From: a virus | DNA: 64,000 bases | Strand: one strand, 5' to 3' | IMG/VR virus record: IMGVR_UViG_3300045988_183727 | Part shown: in pieces, positions 54,655 through 64,000 of the stretch | Position numbering within the stretch: the first letter of the stretch is position 1 | Layout: the number at the start of each line of letters is the position of its first letter | Notes under the pieces: generated by a model | Database searches by the model: none | Told to the model about the DNA's origin: nothing | Seen by the model: the letters and a program-made list of their open reading frames with translations, nothing else | Program-made: the position numbers and the translations under genes

Positions 54655-55455
54655 GTGAAAACGAAATTCAAAATCCCTCGGTGGGCACTCTTCACCGTTA
54701 TCATTCTGTCCTTTATCGGTGGTCTCTTTGCCATCTCCATGCTGCCTGCTTTCGCATCACGTGAAAGCTCTCCGCCTTTGGCAGTAGCAGAAGCCGCGCA
54801 GAACGAGGAAAAGGACGCAAATTCTGATGCTCAGACTCCCGAAGCAAACGAGACATCCGATGAGCATGGAAGCACTGAAACTCCCGTAGAGGACGAGCCT
54901 CAGGCAGACGATGCTGTCGTCGTTGAAGTGACTCCCTCCGAAGAGCCTGTTCAGGAAACTCCAACCACCTGTTCCTACTGCGGCAGCGTAGAACACACCA
55001 AAGACTACTGTGCCGTCCGTGCCGTGGACAATGGCGCCATTGGACGGCTCCGGATTCCCTCTGTCGGTGTTGACGTGGCTGTTTACGACGTCACTTGGTA
55101 CTCTCTGCAGCACACCACCGAAGGCGATAACTACGCGCAGGCCGTTACAGATGCATGGGACAGCGCCGCACAAATCGTCTATCTCGGCCAGACCGTTATT
55201 GGCGACCATAATAATCAGGGCTTCTCCGCCATCAACAACTGTGCCGAGGGCACTTACTCCTACATCGACATAGGCGACTCTGTCCTGACCTATGTTTGTA
55301 CCGGCATCCAGCATGGTCGCAACCCCGGTGGCTATCTTACCGGAGCCGATGGCGATAGCATCTATACCTCTTACTTCAATCCCAATGGTCTGACGCTGTA
55401 TACCTGTCTCGACCACAACTTCAATGTTGCCCTTGTGACATTCCAGCCTGCTTAG
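54655..55455 (+). CDS. sortase-fold-like protein, paralog 2
   Basis: Same architecture; GDHNNQGF and TLYTC motifs. Confidence 0.55.
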   Translation: MKTKFKIPRWALFTVIILSFIGGLFAISMLPAFASRESSPPLAVAEAAQNEEKDANSDAQTPEANETSDEHGSTETPVEDEPQADDAVVVEVTPSEEPVQETPTTCSYCGSVEHTKDYCAVRAVDNGAIGRLRIPSVGVDVAVYDVTWYSLQHTTEGDNYAQAVTDAWDSAAQIVYLGQTVIGDHNNQGFSAINNCAEGTYSYIDIGDSVLTYVCTGIQHGRNPGGYLTGADGDSIYTSYFNPNGLTLYTCLDHNFNVALVTFQPA

Positions 55456-55489
55456 GCTATTTAAGATTTGATGTGGGAAACCCACAAAA

Positions 55490-55659
55490 AGTCTTATAGC
55501 CACAGCCACACCGACGTGTGTAAGTCTTCTCTCAGGTAGAGGCGACGGATGCACCTGCGGGTTTTCCCAGCTCGCAGCTCTGCCAAGCATACGCCGAGGT
55601 AAGGGAGACATTACCGCCTCCTCCGGAGGCGAGACACTACTGAAAGGAGATGAGCGCAC
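55490..55659 (+). ncRNA. putative IscB omegaRNA / HEARO RNA region
   Basis: 170-nt non-coding, GC-rich, hairpin-dense sequence between the left inverted repeat and the iscB start. Confidence 0.45.
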
Positions 55660-57144
55660 ATGACGATGGTCTATGTGCAAAATAAAGACGGTAAACCTTT
55701 GATGCCGACAACTCGCTATTGTTATGTGCGCCTTCTCCTGAAGGAGAAGAAAGCACGAGTTGTTTGCACTACCCCGTTTACCATCCAGTTGAACTATGAT
55801 ACCCCAGACATCACCCAAGACTTGATTCTTGGCATCGACCCCGGCAGAACGAACATTGGTGTCGCTGTCGTCAAGGAGGACGGCCAATGCGTGTTCTCCG
55901 CACATCTGGAGACGCGCAATAAGGACGTACCTCTTCTGATGCAGAAGCGTGCCGGTTTCCGTAAGCAGCATCGCACGTTGGACCGGCGCCGCAAGCGCCA
56001 GCGTCGTGCGAAGGCTGCTGGGACCACCGTTGCCGGGGGTTCTGTCGAGAGATTGCTCCCCGGCTATGAGAAGCCCATTGTGTGCCACCATATCCGCAAT
56101 AAGGAGGCGCGGTTCAATAACCGTAGCCGCCCTGTGGGATGGTTGACACCTACAGCAAATCACCTGCTGCAAACCCACATCAACCTGATTGCAAAGGTTG
56201 CGAAGTTCTTACCTATCACGAAAGTGGTGGTGGAGCTGAACCGCTTTGCATTCATGGCGATGGATAATCCCAATATCCGTCGGTGGGAGTACCAGCAGGG
56301 GCCGTTGTACGGACTGGGTTCCGTGGAGGATGCGGTGTACGCACAGCAGGATGGACATTGCCTGTTCTGCAAGAAGCCCATTGACCATTACCATCATGTT
56401 GTTCCACGCCACAAGGGTGGAAGTGAGACGCTGGCTAACCGGTGTGGGCTTTGTGCGAAGCATCACGACCTCGTCCATAAGGACAAGGCGTGGGCGGATA
56501 AGCTGGTCACACGCAAGGAAGGTATGAATAAAAAGTACCACGCCTTGAGTGTTCTGAACCAGATTATCCCGCATCTCATGGAGTATCTCGGAGGCGAGAC
56601 TCTCTACGATGTCTATGCCACGGATGGTAAGTCCACCAAGGGCTTCCGCGTTGCCAAGAACGTGCCGAAAGAACATTACACGGATGCCTACTGTATCGCC
56701 TGTTCCATTTTGGATGCGAATACGAAGGTCTCCACACCTGCCGAACCCTTTAAGCTGAAGCAGTTCCGTCGGCACGACCGGCAATCCTGCATCCGCCAAA
56801 TGGTTGACCGGAAGTACCTTCTGGATGGCAAGGTCGTTGCAGCAAACCGGCATAAGGCCATTGAGCAAAAGTCCGATAGCCTGCAGGAGTTCCGTGAGGC
56901 TTACGGCGATGCTGCGGTATCGCAGCTCACCGTGAAACCTCACTCGCCCCAGTACAAGGACATGACTCGTATCATGCCGGGGGCGGTGATGGATTTCGGT
57001 GGCGCTGTCGGGATTCTTCAGGGGTCGGAAGGCTTCCATAACGGCAAGCCGGACTACTATAAATCTACGAAAGGAGAACGGGTTTTAACGAGGAGATGTG
57101 CGCTTCTCGCACAGAACGCAGGCATGGTTTTCATTCCCGCCTGA
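55660..57144 (+). CDS. iscB: IscB RNA-guided endonuclease (HNH + split RuvC), apparently intact
   Basis: PLMP motif (KPLMPTTRY), Ruv[11 protein letters not shown], Arg-rich bridge, HNH motifs (C..C...HH..N..C..C..H), RuvC-II VVVELN, RuvC-III HYTDAY. Confidence 0.85.
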   Translation: MTMVYVQNKDGKPLMPTTRYCYVRLLLKEKKARVVCTTPFTIQLNYDTPDITQDLILGIDPGRTNIGVAVVKEDGQCVFSAHLETRNKDVPLLMQKRAGFRKQHRTLDRRRKRQRRAKAAGTTVAGGSVERLLPGYEKPIVCHHIRNKEARFNNRSRPVGWLTPTANHLLQTHINLIAKVAKFLPITKVVVELNRFAFMAMDNPNIRRWEYQQGPLYGLGSVEDAVYAQQDGHCLFCKKPIDHYHHVVPRHKGGSETLANRCGLCAKHHDLVHKDKAWADKLVTRKEGMNKKYHALSVLNQIIPHLMEYLGGETLYDVYATDGKSTKGFRVAKNVPKEHYTDAYCIACSILDANTKVSTPAEPFKLKQFRRHDRQSCIRQMVDRKYLLDGKVVAANRHKAIEQKSDSLQEFREAYGDAAVSQLTVKPHSPQYKDMTRIMPGAVMDFGGAVGILQGSEGFHNGKPDYYKSTKGERVLTRRCALLAQNAGMVFIPA

Positions 57145-57199
57145 AAACAAAGTTTTGTGGGTTTCCCACATCAAATCTTAAATATCCGGTGCAGCTTTA

Positions 57200-57973
57200 A
57201 TGAAAACAAAGAAAATTTCCCGCCGCGCCGTTACGCTGGCTGCCTTTTTGCTGGTAAGTGCATCATCTTTACATATGGCTTGTGCAGAGGCTTCGGTGCC
57301 TTTCGATTACTTTACTGATGACCTCTCTGTGTCCACTGACGCCGTTGCGAAGGAAGATAAATACCGGCCTCCTGAGTGGTTCACAAAAGAAAATGTTGTA
57401 AGTGAAGTGGACTCAGACACGCCTCCGGGGGAGACTCCTACCCCTGCGGGCGAACCTTCTGTGGCGACCCCCGTGCCTGAGCCCGCACCGGAAACCGCAG
57501 CAGCCTGCAGCTATTGCGGCAGCGCAGGGCACTCGCAGAATAGGTGTGCCGTTTACGCTGTCGAACAGCGAGGTGCCGTTGGGCGTTGGTCTATCCCTTC
57601 TATTGGAATAGATGTCGCTTGCTTCACCTATGTGCTTGGAAGCGATTCCTTCGAGTACGGACAGGCAATTTGTGACGCTGCCGATAGTGCCGGCTACAGT
57701 GCGTATGGGAGCCAGTATCTCATTGCAGACCACAACTATCAGGGCTTTTCTGCCATAGCCAACTGCGCGGTCGGTGCGGTGGGATATATGGATTACGGAA
57801 ACAGTCGAACAGAATATGTTTGTACTGGGGTGGAGTATGGGCACAATGAAGGCACGGAACTGACTGATAATGACGGAAACGATGTTGCGTACAACAACAG
57901 TGGAGGAATTACCCTTTACACCTGTTACAACGGCTGGCAAAACGTCGTCATAGCGTATTTTACTCCGGTTTAA
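57200..57973 (+). CDS. sortase-fold-like protein, paralog 3
   Basis: ADHNYQGF and TLYTC motifs. Confidence 0.55.
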   Translation: MKTKKISRRAVTLAAFLLVSASSLHMACAEASVPFDYFTDDLSVSTDAVAKEDKYRPPEWFTKENVVSEVDSDTPPGETPTPAGEPSVATPVPEPAPETAAACSYCGSAGHSQNRCAVYAVEQRGAVGRWSIPSIGIDVACFTYVLGSDSFEYGQAICDAADSAGYSAYGSQYLIADHNYQGFSAIANCAVGAVGYMDYGNSRTEYVCTGVEYGHNEGTELTDNDGNDVAYNNSGGITLYTCYNGWQNVVIAYFTPV

Positions 57974-58057
57974 CCGCTGGCCGCTGATGCTGAAGGATAT
58001 TTGAGGTTGGTTGTGCGGCGGCGCATCCAATCTTACATATCCCAGTTCTGAAAGGAA

Positions 58058-58255
58058 ATGATAAAAATGGCACGTCCCGTTGAAACCATAGACCCCAAGT
58101 TAGAAACGAGCAGATATATAACTGTTGATGGGGAGTATGAAGAACGAGAATCCTTTGCCGGAATGGTTTACAGCGACTCTTTACTGCAATCATTCTTCAG
58201 GAGGACTTGGAAGCGGCTTGAAGACGCCGCAAATGCCCATCAGGATACTCCCTGA
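58058..58255 (+). CDS. hypothetical small protein
   Basis: ORF track; RBS gaaaggaa. Confidence 0.35.
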   Translation: MIKMARPVETIDPKLETSRYITVDGEYEERESFAGMVYSDSLLQSFFRRTWKRLEDAANAHQDTP

Positions 58256-58359
58256 TGGGCATTTTTCCCAAGAACTTACGACTTGTCATTTTTTTATGTG
58301 GGTTGTATAATATAGGTGAACGTCTTTGCAGAGGGCGTAACTTATAGGAAAGGGGACTT

Positions 58360-59937
58360 ATGCCTACAGAAAGAAAGAAGAAAACAACAAAAGAAGAAAA
58401 CGCAAAAAATAACTCAACAAAAAACACAATAAAAAAACCAAGAAACTCAACAAGTAACACGAAAAGCAAGAAAGAAAGCAAGTCTCTTTTGGGGTTAAAG
58501 GACCTGATGGAAGATACGTCTCCAGAAAAAGTCGTCGGCTGTTATGTTCGTGTATCTACCGATGCACAGGCGGAGCAGGGATATTCTATACCTGACCAAA
58601 CAGCCAAATTGCAGGCCTTTTGTACCGTAAAAGGCTGGGAGAACGCGAAATTCTACACGGACCCCGGATTCAGCGGCAGCAACTTAAATCGACCGGCAAT
58701 GCAGGAAATGATATCCGATGCGATGGAAGGGAAGCTGAAGGCGGTTGTCGTCTTCAAGCTGGACCGTCTCTCCAGAAGTCAGAAGGATACTCTTTATTTA
58801 ATTGAGGATGTGTTTCTTCCGAACGAAGTGGATTTTGTAAGCATTTCCGAGGCCCTTGACACTACCACTCCATATGGACGAGCGATGATAGGTATTTTGA
58901 GCGTCTTCGCCCAGTTGGAACGCGAGAATATCTATATGCGAACCCGTATTGGAATGATGGGTCGTGTAAGCGCGGGGTATTGGCGTGGCGGCGGAAACGT
59001 TCCGTTTGGCTATGATTATGACAAGACAAGCAAATCCCTTATCCCAAATGCTGACGCGCCAAAAGTGCCACAGGCTTACGACCTCTACATCAAGGGCTAT
59101 AGTTGCCAGAAAATTGCGGATATGCTCGGACTAAGTAGCGAACAGCTCGTGAGGAATATTCTCACCAAGCGCACATATTGCGGCTACATCAACTACAAAG
59201 GCAAAGACTACAAGGGTTTCCACGAGCCTTTGATTGATGAAGAGCGGTTCATGCTCGTGGCTGCAGAAATGGAACGCCGTGGGAAGGAAAACCTCGCAGT
59301 CTGCGGCAACAATAAATATTATCTTCTTACCGGGCTTGTTTTCTGCGGAGATTGTGGCGCCAGAATGCGGTACATGAAGTGGGGGAAGTATATCCGTATC
59401 GTCTGCTACTCGCACACGTGTAAAAAGAACATGGTTAAGGACCCCGATTGTCCAAACAAGGGCGTTCGCGCAGATGAACTTGAGAAGGTTGTTATCTCAA
59501 AACTTTTTGACATTGGTACTGACATTTCTCTCGACGATTTTGACGACACCCACGTGCCTGCAAGTGCAGCAGAAATCCTGACGAACCGGATAGATGAGCT
59601 GAAGGAGTCTCTCAGGCGCCTATATGGGCTCTATGCCGACATCGGAGACCCCATGGTGTACGAGCGCATTGAGGATGTGCGAGGACAGCTCCACGTATTG
59701 CAGAGACAGCTTGCAAGCGAGGAAACGCAGAAACTCAAGGAAGAGCACATCAACTACGTCCGTGAGAAAATTCAGACTATTGGAGACCTCTGGCCCCATC
59801 TTACTCCTATGGAGCGCCAAACTCTTGTTCGTGATTGTGTTGAGAAGGTTATTTTGCATCACAACGGACGTGTTGAGGTTTACTACACTTTCCATACTGA
59901 GAAAGATAGTAAAATTCTCAAAAGGAAAGGCGCATAA
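58360..59937 (+). CDS. large serine recombinase (phage integrase type)
   Basis: YVRVSTDAQ with the catalytic Ser, KLDRLSRS, a recombinase domain and a C-terminal zinc ribbon. The Lys-rich 49-aa N-terminal extension may not be translated; an alternative ATG lies at 58507. Confidence 0.8.
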   Translation: MPTERKKKTTKEENAKNNSTKNTIKKPRNSTSNTKSKKESKSLLGLKDLMEDTSPEKVVGCYVRVSTDAQAEQGYSIPDQTAKLQAFCTVKGWENAKFYTDPGFSGSNLNRPAMQEMISDAMEGKLKAVVVFKLDRLSRSQKDTLYLIEDVFLPNEVDFVSISEALDTTTPYGRAMIGILSVFAQLERENIYMRTRIGMMGRVSAGYWRGGGNVPFGYDYDKTSKSLIPNADAPKVPQAYDLYIKGYSCQKIADMLGLSSEQLVRNILTKRTYCGYINYKGKDYKGFHEPLIDEERFMLVAAEMERRGKENLAVCGNNKYYLLTGLVFCGDCGARMRYMKWGKYIRIVCYSHTCKKNMVKDPDCPNKGVRADELEKVVISKLFDIGTDISLDDFDDTHVPASAAEILTNRIDELKESLRRLYGLYADIGDPMVYERIEDVRGQLHVLQRQLASEETQKLKEEHINYVREKIQTIGDLWPHLTPMERQTLVRDCVEKVILHHNGRVEVYYTFHTEKDSKILKRKGA

Positions 59938-59944
59938 AAATTAG

Positions 59945-59976
59945 AAACGCGCCTCTTCTGAGGCGCGTTTGCTTTT
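59945..59976 (+). terminator. rho-independent terminator
   Basis: aaacgcgcctc ttctg aggcgcgttt gctttt. Confidence 0.5.
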
Positions 59977-60094
59977 CTAAAAACTAAAATCCAATTCCAG
60001 CAAAAGGGTCGTTTTTTCTCCTTTCCAACACTATGCCGATGGTGTTGTGAAGATGAAAAAACTCTGAGGCTGGTATTCCGAGGAGCGTGTTTTC

Positions 60095-61186
60095 GTGAAA
60101 ACCAAACTCTACCTCCTACAAAACGAAGCATTTGACGTAATTCTTGATTATTTCAAGAACAATTCTAACTCATGTTCTATGAGCGACGACCTCTGCCTTG
60201 CTTTGAAAAAATTGGAGGAAATCAAGCAAAATAACCAGTCCCTTACGTGGAAGCAGCTCGGTATAATTGCTTCTGTTGAGAGCTACCTCGCAAACAGTGG
60301 AGGTAAACCTCTAACGAGGCAAAGTTTCCTTGAAAACCATTCACTTCCGTCTGCGGACGTTTTTAAGAACTCGTTCGATAAGACATCTTTCAAATGGCTA
60401 TTGGAAAGATATCCTTATCATACGAAAAAATCTTCCACAGATTTAATTTATGGTGGAAAGGCGTATGACGATGTGGATGAAGTAAAGGATGCTTTTATAA
60501 AAGAGTATTACAGAATAAGGCCTGCAACGCAGCACGAGTTCAACTCAAAGAAAAGTAAAACTATCCCATACTGGGAGTCCTTAGCCGCACGATTTGGCGT
60601 TGTGTCATGGATAGCCCTTATCGACCTCTTGGAGCTGCCGAGGTACAACAAGCGTGGTGACAATCCACTGAGAGTTATAGAAACTAATTTGTGCATAACG
60701 GACGATAGGGTGTCCTTCGCAGGGAGGAAAAGACCTCATGTGTTTAGACGAACATTTTGGACAAAAGAGCTTATTCGTCAGCGTGTCGAAGGGTTCATTA
60801 TTCAAAATGGACGTATCCCAAGCAGGGAAGACCTCCTTGGCACCCCTGAGTTGCCTTCGCCGGAGACATTCAATAATGTTGTGAAGATGAATTGGCGGCT
60901 TTGGATTAAAGAAACATTTCCTGACTGTGTTCCCGATAACTGGCGATATGACCTGTTATCCAGCAAGAAAATAGACAAAAAGAAGTGGCTGGAACTATTC
61001 AAAAAGGAATACAAGAGAATTAAGCCGTCAACGGGCAATCAATACAATCAGCAACGCACTCAAGGAACGCCAACATGGAACACAATCGCAAAACTCATAG
61101 GAGAAAGCGAACACAAATGGAGCAACATGAAAAAGGTTGCAGGGGTAGAGGATGTTCCCATTTCCAGCAAAAAGCCGTCCACGTAA
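60095..61186 (+). CDS. hypothetical protein (GTG start)
   Basis: ORF track; followed by the hairpin aaaaagaccaccgtaaggtggtctttttttt. Confidence 0.5.
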   Translation: MKTKLYLLQNEAFDVILDYFKNNSNSCSMSDDLCLALKKLEEIKQNNQSLTWKQLGIIASVESYLANSGGKPLTRQSFLENHSLPSADVFKNSFDKTSFKWLLERYPYHTKKSSTDLIYGGKAYDDVDEVKDAFIKEYYRIRPATQHEFNSKKSKTIPYWESLAARFGVVSWIALIDLLELPRYNKRGDNPLRVIETNLCITDDRVSFAGRKRPHVFRRTFWTKELIRQRVEGFIIQNGRIPSREDLLGTPELPSPETFNNVVKMNWRLWIKETFPDCVPDNWRYDLLSSKKIDKKKWLELFKKEYKRIKPSTGNQYNQQRTQGTPTWNTIAKLIGESEHKWSNMKKVAGVEDVPISSKKPST

Positions 61187-61230
61187 AAAAAGACCACCGT
61201 AAGGTGGTCTTTTTTTTGTATTTTGTGGTT

Positions 61231-61782
61231 CTAAATTGACTCGTCCTCCGTCTCATCCAAACGTTTGATGCGTTGAAAGCCATTTGCAGAGACCTTCTTT
61301 CGACTGCCATCTGCTCTATGGAAAAAATCGCCGATAATAATGCCTTCTTCAACGTATCGTTTTGAACTGGGATGGTTTCGAGTTCCGCCCCACACCAAGA
61401 AAGAACAAAGCCATCTTTCAGGAACGGTTCGGTTGTTCTTCACCTGAGACTGTTCCTTCCTGCATTTTTCAACGTCCTCATTGATTCTCTTGTCTGTAAG
61501 AGAAGCAAGATAATCAATATCTAAAGAGTAGAAGTCGGTTCCGTTGAAATACTTGCTCGTATGGTGCCATGACGCATACTGCAGAACCTTTGTCCGCAAG
61601 AAAGAAAGCGGGGCCTGCTTGAGCTTTTCAATGTTGCATTGAAGAGACAGCGTTCCGTTCAAAATCTCGGCCTCGATTGCGTTCAGTATGGCTGCTTTCG
61701 TCCACTTTGAACGCGGTTTTTCGCCGGATTCATAAGCATCCACAGCGTTGTTGCTCATCGAGTAGCCGGAATACCCGGCCAT
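61231..61782 (-). CDS. hypothetical protein
   Basis: ORF track. Confidence 0.5.
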   Translation of the reverse strand: MAGYSGYSMSNNAVDAYESGEKPRSKWTKAAILNAIEAEILNGTLSLQCNIEKLKQAPLSFLRTKVLQYASWHHTSKYFNGTDFYSLDIDYLASLTDKRINEDVEKCRKEQSQVKNNRTVPERWLCSFLVWGGTRNHPSSKRYVEEGIIIGDFFHRADGSRKKVSANGFQRIKRLDETEDESI

Positions 61783-62717
61783 TACACATTCCCTCCGTCA
61801 TCGGAGATACCCTGCAGAAGCAGGTTCTCGTCGATATATGTAGCTGTTTCATCTGCGCGATGCAGAAGAAAAGCCAGAGGATAGCGCGTAAAGGCCGCTG
61901 AGGTATTCTTATCTGTGGAATACTCTCCCATGTGGAAACGGATTGCAAAAGCCTCCGGCATCGTCAGGCGAATATAGCGTTCTGCAAGAAACACAGATTT
62001 ATCGCCGTGGCTGCCGAACGGGAGCTTCTCGTCATAGGAAATCCAAGGCACCTTCTTCCACTGTCCGGTTTTGGGGTCCTTCACATTTCTGCTGTCCCAT
62101 TTATAGAAATCGGCCTTGCAGATATCGTGAAGAAGTGCGGAGATGGCAATGCTATCATTGACCATCTTCCTCTCCCCCTCGGAAAGCGTCTTTCCATTCC
62201 GCTCAATTTCCGTGAAGTATGTGTCGTTCAGACGCATAAATACGTTGACTGAGTGGTCCAGAAGCCCGCCGCAGTAGCTTGAGTGATACTTAGCACTTGC
62301 GGGCGCCGTGAAGAAATCCGTCTTCTCCAGCAGCCACAGCACAAGGTCTCTGATGCCTTTGCGTCCCGTACTGACAAGTGCGCCAATGAACGCGATGGCT
62401 TTAGATTCATACTCCTTATCGGGAGTTGTGCCGGCAGGGTCCTCTACCGTAGGGCGGTAGTCCCCGCCGTGCGCCGTGTACTTTGCGAGCGCCTGAGCTG
62501 CTGCCCATTTAATGAAGTCTTCCAATCTGTCGGGGTCGCCATTGTTAGACTGCTCGACAGTGCGGGAGAAGGCGTCATAGTCATCGAGGGCAGCTTGGCA
62601 GACGTCATCGTGACAAGCTCCCTTTTCAAACTGTCCGGAAATAGCTATCAACGCAGCTTCAGCACGCTCGTGCAGCTTTTGAATCCTCTCGAATTCAGGG
62701 GGGTAGTTGTAACCCAT
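61782..62717 (-). CDS. HD-domain hydrolase-like protein
   Basis: KYHSSYCGGLLDHS and ALLHDICK motifs. Confidence 0.5.
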   Translation of the reverse strand: MGYNYPPEFERIQKLHERAEAALIAISGQFEKGACHDDVCQAALDDYDAFSRTVEQSNNGDPDRLEDFIKWAAAQALAKYTAHGGDYRPTVEDPAGTTPDKEYESKAIAFIGALVSTGRKGIRDLVLWLLEKTDFFTAPASAKYHSSYCGGLLDHSVNVFMRLNDTYFTEIERNGKTLSEGERKMVNDSIAISALLHDICKADFYKWDSRNVKDPKTGQWKKVPWISYDEKLPFGSHGDKSVFLAERYIRLTMPEAFAIRFHMGEYSTDKNTSAAFTRYPLAFLLHRADETATYIDENLLLQGISDDGGNV

Positions 62718-62719
62718 AG

Positions 62720-63259
62720 TTATTCTCCTTTCTTGATGAAGTCCTCAGCCCTGATAGTACCGGAAGTCCATGCGCTTGTAGGGAAGCTGATTTCGGGGAC
62801 TCTCTCCAGCATAGCATCCCTCAAAGCGTCTCTATAACGCTCGAAATGCCGTTTCTGGAAGCCGAGAATTCTTTCGTCATACTTTACTTCCTTCTGAAGA
62901 AGTTCAACGGCAAGAGAGTTCTCGTTGTCCTCGACCGCGATGGCGAAAAGCTCGTTTTCCATAATCACCCGCTGTGTTCTGGAAACCCACTTTTCGCCCA
63001 ACACAGGCGTCATGCTGCGGAAGCGGTGTCCCAGTGTATCAACGATACACTCCAACACATCGGCCTCCTCATTCATAGAGCCCTCCTCATCGAATAGCCA
63101 CCGGCAGGTGTCCAGTTCAAAGTAGGGGATGTCGTTCAGCAGACGAACTTCCGGTTCCTCTTTATAGGGCTCATCTTCTCGATAGACATGAAGGAAGCTG
63201 TTGGAAATGTAGTAGACGGCCTCGTAAGGTCCATGAACAGAAACATTACCTTTGCCCAT
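62720..63259 (-). CDS. hypothetical protein
   Basis: ORF track; RBS aaaggagaaacga. Confidence 0.5.
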   Translation of the reverse strand: MGKGNVSVHGPYEAVYYISNSFLHVYREDEPYKEEPEVRLLNDIPYFELDTCRWLFDEEGSMNEEADVLECIVDTLGHRFRSMTPVLGEKWVSRTQRVIMENELFAIAVEDNENSLAVELLQKEVKYDERILGFQKRHFERYRDALRDAMLERVPEISFPTSAWTSGTIRAEDFIKKGE

Positions 63260-63291
63260 GATTCGTTTCTCCTTTCTTTTTTTGCGACCTT

Positions 63292-63483
63292 TCAGGTGCG
63301 GCTGACGGTGTGGAGCTTCTGCTCCAGCAGCTCTGCCTTCTCACGGGTCGCTCCACAGGTACACATCTGCGGACAAACAAGAGGGTCGTAGTAGTCCTCG
63401 TTCTTCTCAGGGAAGAATGGCTTTCCGCCCTCATTTACACGCACCACATTAGGGCGCGGGCAGTTGTGACAGGGGTTATACAT
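63292..63483 (-). CDS. zinc-finger small protein
   Basis: CHNC...CPQMCTC motifs. Confidence 0.4.
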   Translation of the reverse strand: MYNPCHNCPRPNVVRVNEGGKPFFPEKNEDYYDPLVCPQMCTCGATREKAELLEQKLHTVSRT

Positions 63484-63498
63484 CTGTAGGTTCTCCTT

Positions 63499-63789
63499 TC
63501 AAATGAGTGTTTTGTGGCGTCCTGTTTCTTTGCGAAAGCGCAAAATACTGAAGTATGCATCAGCAGGGTGCTGTGGCAAATCAGCAACTGCCTTAAACAC
63601 CTCATCAATGCAATGTACGGCGAGTTCACGCTCACGAAGCAGGAAAGAAAGCATCTCCGCTGCGGCCAGCAGTTCAGTGCTGCCGGAGGCAGCACCGGAC
63701 CGCTGAAGGCGGACGACCATTGATTTTACGTCTTCGCTTGGAATGTAGGTCTTTTCCATGTCGTCCTCCACCGCAATTACGGTCTCCAC
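63499..63789 (-). CDS. hypothetical protein
   Basis: ORF track. Confidence 0.4.
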   Translation of the reverse strand: METVIAVEDDMEKTYIPSEDVKSMVVRLQRSGAASGSTELLAAAEMLSFLLRERELAVHCIDEVFKAVADLPQHPADAYFSILRFRKETGRHKTLI

Positions 63790-63992
63790 GGTGAATTGTG
63801 GAGTTCTTCATTGATTTGCTTTATTGTTTTTTCCTGCCACCGGTTGACGTGCTTCGTCCTTGTGAGATTAAGCTCACCAACCTTGTGAAGAGTGATACCA
63901 ACTGAGCCAAAGTGCAGCCACGTACCCTCGGAAACGGATACTGTGCAGCCTTTTTTCGCACCCTTCAGCCGCTTCTTCACCGACGCGACCAT
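63777..63992 (-). CDS. hypothetical small protein near the window edge
   Basis: ORF track. Confidence 0.3.
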   Translation of the reverse strand: MVASVKKRLKGAKKGCTVSVSEGTWLHFGSVGITLHKVGELNLTRTKHVNRWQEKTIKQINEELHNSPWRP

Positions 63993-64000
63993 TGCTTGCG

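Larger units (their letters stand above)
55458..57184 (+). mobile_element. IscB (IS200/IS605-related OMEGA) element bounded by 32-bp inverted repeats
   Basis: TATTTAAGATTTGATGTGGGAAACCCACAAAA at 55458-55489 and its exact reverse complement at 57153-57184. Each repeat holds a gtggg aaa cccac hairpin. Confidence 0.7.

Overview
Mobile-element-rich 64-kb window from what looks like a moderate-GC Firmicutes/Clostridia genome. This organism call is inferred from gene content and an NVQTG-like sorting signal. Main contents, start to end: (1) 1-19.6 kb is a cell-envelope and housekeeping-like region: a 5'-truncated VaFE/SpaA-type surface adhesin with an NVQTG-like sorting signal, topoisomerase III, a YdjM-type hydrolase, an HTH protein, a membrane-associated nuclease, flotillin, many small membrane proteins, and tRNA-Ser. 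(2) 23.2-43.4 kb is a block of about 40 minus-strand phage/ICE-like genes (YopX, ASCH, MazF-like toxin, a vWA-metallopeptidase plus AAA ATPase pair, tandem paralog pairs, many zinc-ribbon mini-proteins). The block is cut into five transcription units by four copies of a ~190-bp terminator-promoter-leader-hairpin cassette. A fifth, shorter plus-strand cassette copy lies at 53.7 kb. (3) 43.4-47.6 kb holds recG and two neighbours. (4) 47.9-48.9 kb holds a strong promoter driving a ~110-nt structured RNA candidate, then a tRNA-Thr/Thr/Gly cluster. (5) 49.2-57.2 kb is the most unusual stretch. It carries a TnpB-like ORF that looks nuclease-dead (RuvC-I D->S) and C-terminally truncated, so it resembles a TldR-type exapted TnpB. 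It also carries an apparently intact IscB (OMEGA) element with 32-bp terminal inverted repeats and an upstream omegaRNA-like region, inserted into a tandem array of three secreted sortase-fold paralogs. (6) A ~130-nt structured repeat occurs five times on the plus strand, with one stem supported by covariation. Four copies are followed by clusters of 2-4 degenerate 36-nt GTATAC-containing units; the fifth (R2) carries only the diverged core. One copy directly follows the TnpB-like gene and one abuts tRNA-Ser. (7) 58.0-64 kb holds a large serine recombinase and further phage-like minus-strand genes. Manually derived non-CDS coordinates are approximate to within a few nt; CDS coordinates are anchored to the ORF track.
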